Part shown: positions 1 to 9,385 of the stretch, in pieces
Layout: each line of letters starts with the position of its first letter
Position numbering within the stretch: position 1 is the stretch's first letter
NCBI GenBank assembly: GCA_046154725.1
Contig: JBJXFO010000138.1
Span: 5,965-69,964 of the forward strand
Reading direction: 5' to 3'
Source: Parvularculaceae bacterium
GTDB taxonomy: Bacteria > Pseudomonadota > Alphaproteobacteria > Caulobacterales > Parvularculaceae
DNA length: 64,000 bases
Translations under genes and position numbers: made by a program
Notes under the pieces: generated by a model
What the model was told of the DNA's origin: nothing
Seen by the model: only the letters and a program-made list of their open reading frames with translations
Databases searched by the model: none

Positions 1-383
1 GCTGGCTCGCAAACGCACCTGTCGAGATCACTCATGGGAGCGTGCGCCAATTGATCGGCGGACGCCAACGCTTCGATGACATCGATTTCGCTTATGCGGC
101 GGGCTTGTTCGACTATCTCGTCGGACCGGTCGCTGTAAGGCTCGTCGAACGAATGTTTTCCTATTTAAAGCCGGGCGGCCGGATGCTGATCGGCAATTTC
201 ACGCCGGCCGGCGAAGCCATTAGCTACATGGAAGCCTTTATGGACTGGTGGCTGGTCTATCGGACTAAGGAAGATCTAGCTCAACTTCTGACGACGCTGC
301 CCGCGGACGAGATCGCGGCCATAGAGATATATGAGGATGATCGCGGCGTTATCGCTTATGCGAGCGTTGAGAAGAAACGCTAA
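1..383 (+). CDS. class I SAM-dependent methyltransferase, C-terminal part (5' end outside window)
   Basis: The reading frame is open to the window edge (..WLANAPVEITHGS before the listed GTG at 42). The sequence FAYAAGLFDYL...LKPGGRMLIGNF is typical of the Rossmann-fold methyltransferase C-terminal half. Confidence 0.6.
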   Translation, partial: WLANAPVEITHGSVRQLIGGRQRFDDIDFAYAAGLFDYLVGPVAVRLVERMFSYLKPGGRMLIGNFTPAGEAISYMEAFMDWWLVYRTKEDLAQLLTTLPADEIAAIEIYEDDRGVIAYASVEKKR

Positions 384-434
384 TCGCTGCAACGGCGTCG
401 CCCACCAGCGGATAATTTCGGCGATGGATCGTTC

Positions 435-1910
435 TTAAAGGCCCGCTTGCGTTGCGCGGCGCGTTGCAACCGAGCAGGTAATTTCGACAGTCGTGCCGGC
501 GCCGACAGCCGACTTGATTCTCAGCGAACCGCCTTGTCGCTCGATCAACTGTTTGGCGATCGACAGGCCGAGGCCAAGTCCTTCTTGGCTTCGCGAGTAA
601 ACAGCCTCACCCTGAACGAATGGTTCGAATGCTGCTGCAATTTTCTCTGGCGACATCCCGCCGCCTTGGTCACAAATCAAGAGCTGGTAATTGCCGTTTT
701 CGACGGGTGCGCCAGAAATGACAATCGTCGCGTTGCGAGGACTCGCGTTGAGCGCGTTGTCCACGAGATTGCCAAGTGCATAGGCGGTGTGATGCGGGTC
801 GATCAAGAGCATCGCCGGGACGATGTCATCGGTGACAAACTTCACGGCTTTTCCCGCCGCCAGTTGCGCGTACTGGTCAAGCAGCTGATCGACAATTTCG
901 CGCACTGGTACGTCGTCGATGACGAAGGATAGCTTGCCCGCAGTCGCGTCGGCATAACGGAGCATCTGGCTGATCTTCTTCAAGAGCCTGCGCGCCGATT
1001 CAAGTACGTGGTCAACGTTACTAGTATCAACGGATGAGCAGGCGTTCTTAGCCTCTGCCTGCGCGATCTCGCTAAAGCCTATGATCTGGTGAAGCGGTGT
1101 CCTCAATTCGTGAGTGAGCACCGAGAGAAAATTGATCTTTGACTGGTCGGCGGCAGTCGCTTCGACCAACAGTCGACGAATCTCAGCCGCGTCTTTTTCC
1201 CGCTGCCGGTTTCGAAACCAGATTTCGCGCGCGCGAATTTCCTGCGCATAGCTTGTAACGATCGCGACTGCCGCAACGCTGATCATAAAGAAATAGCCGG
1301 CGATCCGGTCGGTCGCCGCCGCTTCGGCGTGCGTCGCCATGACCCCGCAATAAAGCGCGCTCACGAACAGATAGGAGAAGGCCGCGACTCGAAAATTTAC
1401 GCGCATAAAACACGAGGTGAAAATCATCGTGACGAGCACGCCAATAATGTAGGGCGCGCCGTCGATCGGCATGGCGCTGATCATGTAGATGATCGTCGAG
1501 CAATAAAGTGCAAAGCCAATGATCGTCGAGTACTGCTGGTATCGACGCAGCGAGCGCACTGAGGTCAAAGTCACGCCGAGCGCGCCGATCGGCCCGACGA
1601 CTAGGCATCGCAGGAATAGAAATTCGACAGCTTCGTCACCACCGGTAAGAAGGTCCAGAAATCCGTAAGACAGGAAAGCGGCTACGCCGACCCACTGCAG
1701 GTAGAATTCGCGTCGGAACGCCTCCAGCGAGAGATAATTGCGATATTCATCTTCAAGAGCTGGATCGGAAAATGTCGCCGTGCTCCGGTGAATGACGCGC
1801 TCGCCGAATGCGTGCGGCGCCGTTTTGTCAGCGCAAGCGTCGTCGGCGGCGCGAAAGTCATTGACTTCTGCGACTAGGGCTATCCGCGATCTGGCGGCAG
1901 CTGTGGCCAT
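435..1910 (-). CDS. membrane-bound sensor histidine kinase
   Basis: 491-aa ORF with a hydrophobic multi-TM N-terminal half. It has the HisKA H-box LSVLTHELRTPLHQIIGFSEI and HATPase_c motifs (NLVDNALNAS, DQGGGM, GLGLGLSIAK). Confidence 0.85.
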   Translation of the reverse strand: MATAAARSRIALVAEVNDFRAADDACADKTAPHAFGERVIHRSTATFSDPALEDEYRNYLSLEAFRREFYLQWVGVAAFLSYGFLDLLTGGDEAVEFLFLRCLVVGPIGALGVTLTSVRSLRRYQQYSTIIGFALYCSTIIYMISAMPIDGAPYIIGVLVTMIFTSCFMRVNFRVAAFSYLFVSALYCGVMATHAEAAATDRIAGYFFMISVAAVAIVTSYAQEIRAREIWFRNRQREKDAAEIRRLLVEATAADQSKINFLSVLTHELRTPLHQIIGFSEIAQAEAKNACSSVDTSNVDHVLESARRLLKKISQMLRYADATAGKLSFVIDDVPVREIVDQLLDQYAQLAAGKAVKFVTDDIVPAMLLIDPHHTAYALGNLVDNALNASPRNATIVISGAPVENGNYQLLICDQGGGMSPEKIAAAFEPFVQGEAVYSRSQEGLGLGLSIAKQLIERQGGSLRIKSAVGAGTTVEITCSVATRRATQAGL

Positions 1911-1985
1911 TCTGGCAGGAATAAAGAAGTTTAATTAATTCAGCGTTTAGGCACTGACGCCCGCGCGGCCTTTCATGAACCGGGA

Positions 1986-2060
1986 TGGTGGGCGCACAAA
2001 GTATCGAACTTTGGACCTCCACCGTGTCAAGGTGGCGCTCTACCACTGAGCTATGCGCCC
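1986..2060 (-). tRNA. tRNA-Val (anticodon GAC)
   Basis: Minus-strand read GGGCGCATAGCTCAGTGGTAGAGCGCCACCTTGACACGGTGGAGGTCCAAAGTTCGATACTTTGTGCGCCCACCA folds as a cloverleaf. It has a 7-bp acceptor stem, GCTC/GAGC D stem, CCACC/GGTGG anticodon stem with loop TTGACAC, a GTTCGATAC T-loop and an encoded CCA. Confidence 0.9.
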
Positions 2061-2126
2061 TCAGCGGAGGCCGCGTCTAACCGCAAAAGCCGGGCCGCGC
2101 AAGGCCGCCGCCGCCGGTCTGGGTAG

Positions 2127-2486
2127 TCAGGCGGCGACCATGCGTTCGACTTCCTGGACCAGGTCTTTCAGGTGGAAGGGCTTTGACAAGACCTTAGCGT
2201 CTTCGGGCGCGCGGTTCGCGGGGTTCAGCGCGACGGCGGCGAAGCCGGTGATGAACATGATCTTCATGTCGGGGTCGATCTGAGCCGCTCTGCGCGCCAG
2301 TTCGATGCCGTCCATCACCGGCATGACGATGTCGGTCAACAGCAAATCGAACTCACGCAATTGCAATTCGGTCAAAGCCTCGTCGCCCTGACTGGCGTCA
2401 ACAACGGAATGTCCGGCCTTTTCGAGCGCCTTCTTCAGGAAGCGCCGCATGGATTCATCGTCTTCCGCCAACAGAATGGCCGCCAT
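2127..2486 (-). CDS. cpdR: single-domain response regulator CpdR
   Basis: 119-aa receiver domain (LLAEDDESMRRFL..LLLTDIVMPVMDGIELARR..KIMFITGFAAVAL..KVLSKPFHLKDLV) matches the conserved alphaproteobacterial CpdR sequence pattern. Confidence 0.85.
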   Translation of the reverse strand: MAAILLAEDDESMRRFLKKALEKAGHSVVDASQGDEALTELQLREFDLLLTDIVMPVMDGIELARRAAQIDPDMKIMFITGFAAVALNPANRAPEDAKVLSKPFHLKDLVQEVERMVAA

Positions 2487-2704
2487 GTACCCGCACCTTT
2501 AATCGCAAGAAACGCCGTAACCATATCCGCGTCCCGAGGAAAGACGGCGGACGCCGATGCAACCGATATCAGCAAGAGGCGCGCCGCGAGGTAAGCCGTC
2601 AAGGCCGGTGGGGCGATATAGGCTTCAAGGCAGGCTTACCGAACGCCTGCAATTGGGATTACGGTAAGTCCGGTAGCTGTAGATCGGCGAGGAAGGGCTT
2701 TTCA

Positions 2705-3604
2705 GTGACCAGCGGGCGCGAGGAAGATCCGACCCAAGATCCGGCGATCGAAATCCTGCGCCCCGAAAAACTGTTGGCGCCGCTGATCTTTTGCTCGCCG
2801 CACTCCGGCCGGCGTTATCCTGCGGACCTTTTGCGTATGAGCCGGCTTGACCGGCATGCGTTGCGCCAATCGGAAGACAGCTTTGTCGATTTACTCTTCG
2901 AAGCGGCGCCGCAGCTGGGCGCGCCGCTATTGCGCGCGTTGTTTCCGCGCGCGTGGGTCGATGTCAACCGTGCGCGCGACGAGCTTGACCAGCGCATGTT
3001 CGCCGACCCGCTGCCGTCGAGCGCCGATACGCGGTCGAGCCGGGTGCGCGCGGGCCTTGGCGTTATCCCGCGCATCGTCGCCGACGGCCAGGACATCTAT
3101 GACCGGAAACTGAAATTCTTTGAGGCGCGCCGGCGCCTTGCCGATTGTTACGACACGTATCATCGGGCGCTGATGGCGTTGGTTGGCGAGGCGAGGGCGC
3201 GGCATGGCTGTGCGATCCTCATTGACTGCCATTCCATGCCGTCGGCGGGCGCCCTTCCGTTTCGGGACACCGAACGCCCGCTCGATTTTGTCCTTGGCGA
3301 CCGGTTTGGTTCGTCGTGCAGCGGCGCCGTCACCGCGTGCGTCGAAGAAACGCTTGCGGGGCTCGGCTACCAGGTTTCCCGCAATGCGCCCTATGCGGGC
3401 GGTCACGTCGCCAGCGCTTATGGCCGCCCTCTTGAAGGGGTTCACGTGTTGCAGATTGAAATTAATCGCGCGCTTTATCTCGACGAACGGCGGATCGCGC
3501 GGACGGACGGATTTGACCGCCTTCGGGAAGCCCTGACGATCCTTATCCGCGAGTTGTGCCGACTGTCGCCGGCGGCGCTGCGCCCGGCGCAAGCTGCGGA
3601 GTAA
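2705..3604 (+). CDS. N-formylglutamate amidohydrolase family protein
   Basis: 299-aa ORF with FGase-family features (CSPHSGR.YP, VDVNR, IDCHSMPS, DRFG.SC). It sits next to cpdR, as in many Rhizobiales-like genomes. Confidence 0.75.
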   Translation: MTSGREEDPTQDPAIEILRPEKLLAPLIFCSPHSGRRYPADLLRMSRLDRHALRQSEDSFVDLLFEAAPQLGAPLLRALFPRAWVDVNRARDELDQRMFADPLPSSADTRSSRVRAGLGVIPRIVADGQDIYDRKLKFFEARRRLADCYDTYHRALMALVGEARARHGCAILIDCHSMPSAGALPFRDTERPLDFVLGDRFGSSCSGAVTACVEETLAGLGYQVSRNAPYAGGHVASAYGRPLEGVHVLQIEINRALYLDERRIARTDGFDRLREALTILIRELCRLSPAALRPAQAAE

Positions 3605-3641
3605 TGTCAGTTGCAATTATGTTGCGTGTGCAAACAAAAAA

Positions 3642-3674
3642 GAGCCGCAGGACGAACCTGCGGCTCAAAGTTTT
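3642..3674. terminator. bidirectional intrinsic terminator hairpin
   Basis: Perfect 10-bp stem GAGCCGCAGG / CCTGCGGCTC (3642-3651 / 3657-3666) with loop ACGAA. It is followed by AAAGTTTT on the + strand and preceded by AAAAAA, which reads UUUUUUGUUUG after the stem on the minus strand. Confidence 0.6.
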
Positions 3675-4004
3675 GGGAGGAAACGCCCAAAAGGGCAGCA
3701 ACGCCGCAAAGCGTTGCCGATGAAGATTGACACGAATGCTGTTGCAGCGCAACAAGAATTTCCGCATTGCAATATAAAATTAAAGCGTTTGCCCCGCGCT
3801 TTTTCACCAATTGCCGCACGCCGCGCGCATGGTTAAAGGCGCTTTCGCCTTTGCGCTACGTTCTTGGTTAGGAGGCCAGTCTTGAAAGCAGACGATCACG
3901 CCGGCCCGAAGTCGCCGCCGGACCAGCCGCCGCCGCGGCGCGGCGCGCTGAAGCGCATCAGTTCGGGGGTTGGACGCTTTACAAAGCCCAAGCAGCGCTT
4001 TGCC

Positions 4005-5078
4005 ATGCCGAATACGCAATCCGGTCTGAAGATTGTCGTGGCGACCGACGCCTGGAAGCCGCAGTTGAACGGCGTCGTTCGAACGCTTGAGACGCTTGGC
4101 GACATTCTGACGGCATTCGGCAATCAGGTTCGCTACATCACGCCAGCTGAGTTCAAATCGGTGCCGCTGCCGTCTTATCCGGAAATACGCCTGTCGCTGT
4201 TGCCGAACCGGCGCGTTGCCAAAATCATTAACGACTTCAAGCCGGACGCCGTCCACATTGCCACCGAAGGCCCGATTGGCCGCGCGGTCCGGCGCTTCTG
4301 CAAGCGTCGCGATTATCCGTTTACGACCAGCTTTCACACCCGCTTTCCTGAATACGCAAACGAGCGTTGGGCAGTGCCGATCTCGTGGGGCTATGCGGTT
4401 CTGAAAGATTTTCACAAAGACGGCGAGACCATGATGGTCGCAACGCCCGGGCTGATGAACGAGCTTCGCGGGCGCGGCTTTGTCGATATGAAGCTGTGGG
4501 CGCGCGGCGTTGACCTGAAGCAGTTCAAGCCCGGCGATCGCTCGTTTCTCGATCAGTATCCGCGCCCTATTTTTCTCTATGTCGGGCGGCTCGCCGTTGA
4601 AAAAAGCATTGAGGATTTTCTGCAATGCGCCCTTCCCGGCACAAAGTTGATCGTCGGCGAGGGGCCGCAGCGCGCCGACCTCGAGGGCCGGTTCAAGGAC
4701 GCTGTCTTCGTCGGCCCGAAGTTCGGCGAGGACCTCACCCGCTATTATCAAGGCTCCGATGTCTTCGTTTTTCCCTCGCGGACCGATACGTTCGGTCTCG
4801 TCAATGTCGAGGCGCTGGCCTGCGGCGTCCCAGTTGCGGCGTATCCCGTGCGCGGACCGCTGGAGATTCTCGATGGCGCGCCGGCGGGGTGCGGCGCGAT
4901 GAATGAAGATCTGCAACAGGCCTGTCTCACTGCTTTAGCGACCCGCGATCCAGAAGCGTGCCGCAAATGGGCGGAGCGGTTTTCGTGGGATGCCGCTTCC
5001 CGGCAGTTCATCGCCAATCTCGAAATGCCAGGCTTTGACGAGGAGTTCTGGCTGAAATCGGCGAAAATGATCGACTGA
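4005..5078 (+). CDS. glycosyltransferase family 4 (GT-B, GT1-domain) protein
   Basis: The ORF track gives 3864..5078, but the first 47 codons are Pro/Arg-rich junk. The ATG at 4005 gives MPNTQSGLKIVVATDAWKPQLNGVVRT.., a typical GT4 N-terminus, and the C-terminal EX7E-type region is FVFPSRTDTFGLVNVEALACGVPV. Confidence 0.8.
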   Translation: MPNTQSGLKIVVATDAWKPQLNGVVRTLETLGDILTAFGNQVRYITPAEFKSVPLPSYPEIRLSLLPNRRVAKIINDFKPDAVHIATEGPIGRAVRRFCKRRDYPFTTSFHTRFPEYANERWAVPISWGYAVLKDFHKDGETMMVATPGLMNELRGRGFVDMKLWARGVDLKQFKPGDRSFLDQYPRPIFLYVGRLAVEKSIEDFLQCALPGTKLIVGEGPQRADLEGRFKDAVFVGPKFGEDLTRYYQGSDVFVFPSRTDTFGLVNVEALACGVPVAAYPVRGPLEILDGAPAGCGAMNEDLQQACLTALATRDPEACRKWAERFSWDAASRQFIANLEMPGFDEEFWLKSAKMID

Positions 5079-5200
5079 CCTCTTGCCCGCCACATCTGCA
5101 AGCGCGCTTGCGCCGTTCTGGCTTCGGCGCGGCACAAGGCTTGCCTCTCTCGCGCCATCACCGCCCGATCCCGCGGGCGTGAAAGAGGGAGAGCGGCCAG

Positions 5201-5593
5201 GTGCCCCATCCGATCGATATTTATGTTGGCAGCCGCGTGCGTCAGCGTCGCCGTCTTATTGGCATGACGCAGCAAGCGCTGGCTGAGGCTGTCAACATCC
5301 GCTTCCAGCAAATCCAGAAATATGAAAGCGGCGCCAACCGCATTTCCGCTTCGCGGCTGTGGGCCCTGTCAAAAGCGCTGCGGGCGCCGATTTCGTATTT
5401 CTATGATGGCGTCGATGAAGGCGCGGTTCTGGTGGAACTCGAGACTGCCAACGGCGACCATGACGCGGGCTCGACCGGCGATCCCCTTCAAAACAAGGAC
5501 ACGATTGCCCTCATTCGTGCGTTTTACACGTTGAACGCCGAGCCGCGTCAGCGACTTCTCGATCTCGCCAAGGCCATGTCGGGCGACGCCTGA
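5201..5593 (+). CDS. XRE-family helix-turn-helix transcriptional regulator
   Basis: 130-aa ORF with an HTH_3 signature (GSRVRQRRRLIGMTQQALAEAVNIRFQQIQKYESGANRISASRLWALSKAL). Confidence 0.8.
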   Translation: MPHPIDIYVGSRVRQRRRLIGMTQQALAEAVNIRFQQIQKYESGANRISASRLWALSKALRAPISYFYDGVDEGAVLVELETANGDHDAGSTGDPLQNKDTIALIRAFYTLNAEPRQRLLDLAKAMSGDA

Positions 5594-5646
5594 TAAAGGT
5601 TTGTGATCGCAGGCGCGCTTGAAATATTCACGCTGCGCGATCAGGA

Positions 5647-6471
5647 TTGCTGACGATGGTAACGGAGAGCCCCGAAGACTTAGGCGCGTTTGCGCTGCGC
5701 CTTGCGGACGCGGCGCGCGCCGAAACCCTGCCGCGCTTTCGCGCCGGCGCCGAAGTCCACAACAAGGCAGGCGCCCAATTTGATCCGGTGACTGAAGCAG
5801 ACCGCGAAGCCGAGCGCGCCATGCGTCGCATGATCGCTGGCGTTTATCCGCACCACGGCGTGATTGGCGAGGAGTTCGGCAAGGAAAACCCCGACGCGCC
5901 CTGGCGGTGGGTCCTCGATCCGGTCGATGGCACGCGCGCGTTCATCTGCGGCGCGCCGACATGGGCGACGCTGATCGCGGTCGAAAAAGACGCGATGCCC
6001 ATCCTCAGTATTATCGATCAGCCGTTTACGGATGAGCGCTGGATCGCCGGCGGCGGACGCGCGCGCTATCGCCGCGGCGGGGAGACGCGCGCGTGCGCCA
6101 CTTCCGGCGTTGTCGATCTTACCCGCGCGCGGGTGTCAACAACCGATCCACGCCGCGACGGGTATATGACCGGCGATGAAGTCGAAGCGTTCGCCGCAGT
6201 GGCGGGCAAGGCCCGCGTCGCGCGGTTCAGTCTTGATGCGTATGCGTACGGACTGCTGGCGATCGGTGAGCTTGATCTCGTCATCGAGTCGAGCCTGAAC
6301 CATCATGATTATTCAGCGCTGATTCCGGTTGTTCAGGGGGCCGGCGGCGTTATGACCGGCTGGCTCGGTGAACCTGTGAGCGCGAGCGAACGCGGCCGCG
6401 TCATTGCTGCCGCGACCCCTGCGCTTCACGGCGCGGCAATTGAGATTTTGCGGTCGATGACGCCGGCCTGA
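5647..6471 (+). CDS. hisN: histidinol-phosphatase, inositol monophosphatase family
   Basis: IMPase-fold motifs are present (DPVTEADREAE, GEEFG, LDPVDGTRAF, DAYAY..A.G..DLVIES.L..HDY.ALIPVV.GAGG). The overall pattern matches alphaproteobacterial HisN rather than SuhB. Confidence 0.7.
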   Translation: MLTMVTESPEDLGAFALRLADAARAETLPRFRAGAEVHNKAGAQFDPVTEADREAERAMRRMIAGVYPHHGVIGEEFGKENPDAPWRWVLDPVDGTRAFICGAPTWATLIAVEKDAMPILSIIDQPFTDERWIAGGGRARYRRGGETRACATSGVVDLTRARVSTTDPRRDGYMTGDEVEAFAAVAGKARVARFSLDAYAYGLLAIGELDLVIESSLNHHDYSALIPVVQGAGGVMTGWLGEPVSASERGRVIAAATPALHGAAIEILRSMTPA

Positions 6472-6474
6472 CAC

Positions 6475-7005
6475 TCAAGCCGCGCGAAGCTTCTTCAGGA
6501 CCAGCGACTTTTTTGGGCCATCTGGATGCTTCGGCATATCCTTCACGCGCAAGCCCGCACGCACAACAACGTCGCGAGCAAGCATCGGCGCTTCCGACCG
6601 GAACACAGTCTTGCCGGCGTCATCGACATAAATGACGAAGAACCCTTCCTCAGCGTCCATCGCGTGACGCAAGAGCGAGGCGTCCAGCCAGTCCATCGGT
6701 TCGCCATTCTTGCGCGGCCGGTTTTGTCCGTAGACCTCAATGACCGACACGTCCTCACTGATCAACGCCGCAATTGCCGGCTTCAGGAGGCGGCGTTGGA
6801 TGCGGCACGCATGGTGATTGGCTGTCGGCCCGATGACAAACAGCGTGCGCTTGGGCGAGAAGCGCTTGGGTTCAGCTTCGCGGATCGCCGCCTTGATGCT
6901 GTCAACGGGGATTGGATCGTGCGCCGCAAACCAGGCGGCAACGCCGAAGATGACGCAGACGGCAACAATGAGAAGGGTCAGTCCCATAATGGTCGATAGT
7001 AGCAA
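6475..7005 (-). CDS. membrane-anchored hypothetical protein, DUF4174-like
   Basis: 176-aa ORF with an N-terminal TM helix. The segment KRTLFVIGP....RIQRRLL......L.SEDVSVIEVYG....FFVIYVDDAGKTVFRSEAP resembles the DUF4174 pattern. This call is by eye only. Confidence 0.45.
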   Translation of the reverse strand: MLLSTIMGLTLLIVAVCVIFGVAAWFAAHDPIPVDSIKAAIREAEPKRFSPKRTLFVIGPTANHHACRIQRRLLKPAIAALISEDVSVIEVYGQNRPRKNGEPMDWLDASLLRHAMDAEEGFFVIYVDDAGKTVFRSEAPMLARDVVVRAGLRVKDMPKHPDGPKKSLVLKKLRAA

Positions 7006-7055
7006 GTCGTCGTTGAAACGGCGTTAACGATTTATCCCCCGCTTGGGCCTGCAAG

Positions 7056-8027
7056 TCAGTAGAGCGGTTGATTGAGGCCGCGCCGCCACGCGATGGTGCG
7101 GGCAATGCCGTCGGCGAGCGTCACTTTCGGTTCATAGCCAAGAAGCGCGCGCGCTTTCGAGATATCGGCCCAAGTGCGCTCGACATCGCCCTTTTGCATT
7201 CCCTTGAAAGTCTTCTTCGCCTCGATCCCCAGTTCCTTCTCGAGAAGGGTCACGAGGGTCATCAACTCTTCAGGGCGGTCATTGCCGAGATTGAAAACGC
7301 GGTGAAACGCGTCGTCTTCGCCTGGCGGATTGGCGGCGGCGGCCAGAACCCCGGCGACGATATCGTCGACGAACGTGAAATCGCGGCCCATCCGTCCTTC
7401 GTTAAAGATCTCGATCGGCTCGTTTTTCAGCATTTTCTCAGTAAATATCAGATACGCCATGTCGGGCCGGCCCCAAGGGCCGTAGACGGTGAAAAACCGC
7501 AGGCCCGTGATGCGCATCGCGTAAAGCCGGGCATAGGATGACGACATCGCCTCGTTTGCTTTTTTGGTCGCGCCGTAAAACGACACCGGGTCATCAACCC
7601 GGTCGGTCTCGCAGAATGGGACTTTCTTGTTTGCGCCGTAAACGGACGAAGACGACGCATAAACGAGATGGGGAACGTTCAGCTTGCGGCCCAGTTCGAG
7701 CACCGACAAATGCCCGTCAAGGTTGGAGCGCGCATAGGCAAAAGGGTTCTCGATTGAATATCGAACGCCTGCCTGTGCGGCGAGGTGGATGATGACATCG
7801 AACGGGCCGGGAACGGCGCCCGCGAGCGCGCGATGGTCCGCTATGTCGAGTTCTGAGAAGGAAAATTGCTTATACGGCGCCAACCGGTCAAGTCGCGCGC
7901 GCTTCAGAGAGGCCGGATAATAGTCATTAACATTGTCGACGCCGACAACCTCATCGCCGCGCTTGAGGAGCGCCTCGCTCGTCGCTGCACCGATAAAACC
8001 GGCGGCGCCGGTAACCAAAACCCGCAT
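7056..8027 (-). CDS. NAD-dependent epimerase/dehydratase, UDP-glucuronate 4-epimerase-like
   Basis: 323-aa extended SDR with VLVTGAAGFIGAA, catalytic YGATKKANE, and a GRPDMA segment typical of UDP-GlcA 4-epimerases. Confidence 0.8.
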   Translation of the reverse strand: MRVLVTGAAGFIGAATSEALLKRGDEVVGVDNVNDYYPASLKRARLDRLAPYKQFSFSELDIADHRALAGAVPGPFDVIIHLAAQAGVRYSIENPFAYARSNLDGHLSVLELGRKLNVPHLVYASSSSVYGANKKVPFCETDRVDDPVSFYGATKKANEAMSSSYARLYAMRITGLRFFTVYGPWGRPDMAYLIFTEKMLKNEPIEIFNEGRMGRDFTFVDDIVAGVLAAAANPPGEDDAFHRVFNLGNDRPEELMTLVTLLEKELGIEAKKTFKGMQKGDVERTWADISKARALLGYEPKVTLADGIARTIAWRRGLNQPLY

Positions 8028-8050
8028 GTCGCTCCCGCCCGAATGCCGTC

Positions 8051-9385
8051 TCAGGTCTTGCGGAGGACCTCGTCATAAAGCCCCTCCGGCATCGTCCGGC
8101 GTCTATGCAACATCAAGGCCGAAATGGCCAGCATGACCACCGCGATTGCGAGAAATACAAGCGACGGGTCGGAATTCGTGCTGGTGATCAGCAGAGTTGC
8201 AAGCGATCCCTGAATCGCGAACGCCGCGTTGATGAAAGCCCCCCCCGCCATGATGCGCGCCCTGATCGCTGGCGGCGACCTGCGTTGCGCGGCCGCTTGG
8301 AGGGGCGCGATGTAAATGCCCATCAACGCAGACGTGGATATGAATAGGAGTGAAAGCACGGCGCCCGCCGGCGTCGTGATCAGGTCGATTGCGTGCAGCG
8401 TCTGTCCCTCGGGCGGCGCGGCAAACGGCGTAAAGACATAAACGAGCAGGCTGAATAAGCCCGCAATGCCTACAGACGTGGTCGAAAATCCAAGGCCAGA
8501 GCGACCTTTTGCAAGCCCTGCGGCGTAGACAGCGCCAAGGCCGGCGCCGATAGCGAAGAGCCCGTTAAGCACTGTCGCCGTCATCGCGTCGGCGCGCAGC
8601 GCGTCGCGCGCATAAAGGGGCACGATTACGGTAACCGCGGTTGACAGCAGGAAGAAAACCCCGACGCCGAGCAGCGGCGGCGCGACGCCGCGCGATGACA
8701 CGACAAACTCCGTCATGCGCGCAATCTGGCCGAACCAGTTGAACGAGATTTTCAGCAAGGGATCATTGGCCTCCGCGCGCAATGTGCGCAAAGACGCGAG
8801 CCAGCCGAGCGTCGAAGACGCGATGAGAACGCCGGCAACCATGACGCCGCCACCCGGCGCAACGATCAGCGATCCGCCGACCATATAGCCGACGAGGATA
8901 AAGCTGTAGAGGCCGGCGTTACACAACCCGTTGCCGCGAATGAGTTCGTCGGGTGCAAGGTATTTCGGCATTGCGCCGGTGCGGACGGGGGAGAAGAACG
9001 CTGATTGCGCGCCCATTGCGAACAGCATGCCGATTGCTAGCGCGCCAAGCTCGAAAGCGAAGGCGATCCCAGAGACCACAGCAAGCGCGAGTTCGACAAA
9101 TTTCGTGCGTCGGAACATCATCGACGTTTCGTATTTGTCTGCGAGTTGTCCTGAGAAGGGCGTAAACAGCATGATCGCGAGCGGCAAAAGCGCGCCGATC
9201 AACGGTATTGCGTTGTCGGCGCTTCCAAAAATCGGCGTCGCAATGACGCCATAAGAAATGCCAATCAGCAGAGCCTGCCGCAGCACGTTGTCGGAGAACG
9301 TGCCAAGCGTCAGCGCGAGCCACATCGGCCAGAAGCGGCGTTGCAAAAAGAGCGGCGGCGTTTTGACCATAACGTTAGCCTGCAT
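8051..9385 (-). CDS. MFS transporter, lysophospholipid transporter (LplT)-like
   Basis: Twelve-TM-type hydrophobic profile, located directly downstream of an acyltransferase gene. The start is set to the ATG at 9385 (or 9370), because the longer ORF to 9541 overlaps the upstream gene with an Arg-rich extension. Confidence 0.7.
   Translation of the reverse strand: MQANVMVKTPPLFLQRRFWPMWLALTLGTFSDNVLRQALLIGISYGVIATPIFGSADNAIPLIGALLPLAIMLFTPFSGQLADKYETSMMFRRTKFVELALAVVSGIAFAFELGALAIGMLFAMGAQSAFFSPVRTGAMPKYLAPDELIRGNGLCNAGLYSFILVGYMVGGSLIVAPGGGVMVAGVLIASSTLGWLASLRTLRAEANDPLLKISFNWFGQIARMTEFVVSSRGVAPPLLGVGVFFLLSTAVTVIVPLYARDALRADAMTATVLNGLFAIGAGLGAVYAAGLAKGRSGLGFSTTSVGIAGLFSLLVYVFTPFAAPPEGQTLHAIDLITTPAGAVLSLLFISTSALMGIYIAPLQAAAQRRSPPAIRARIMAGGAFINAAFAIQGSLATLLITSTNSDPSLVFLAIAVVMLAISALMLHRRRTMPEGLYDEVLRKT

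Noticed and set aside
1-1910. Methyltransferase fragment next to a membrane histidine kinase, as a possible PhcB/PhcS-like signal-synthase/sensor pair
   Set aside because: The genes are convergent rather than co-oriented and the methyltransferase is truncated by the window edge. I cannot distinguish it from generic class I methyltransferases.
3804-4916. 370-aa ORF antisense to the GT4 glycosyltransferase
   Set aside because: Shadow ORF with Arg/Ala-rich low-information sequence. The plus-strand GT4 reading has clear family motifs.
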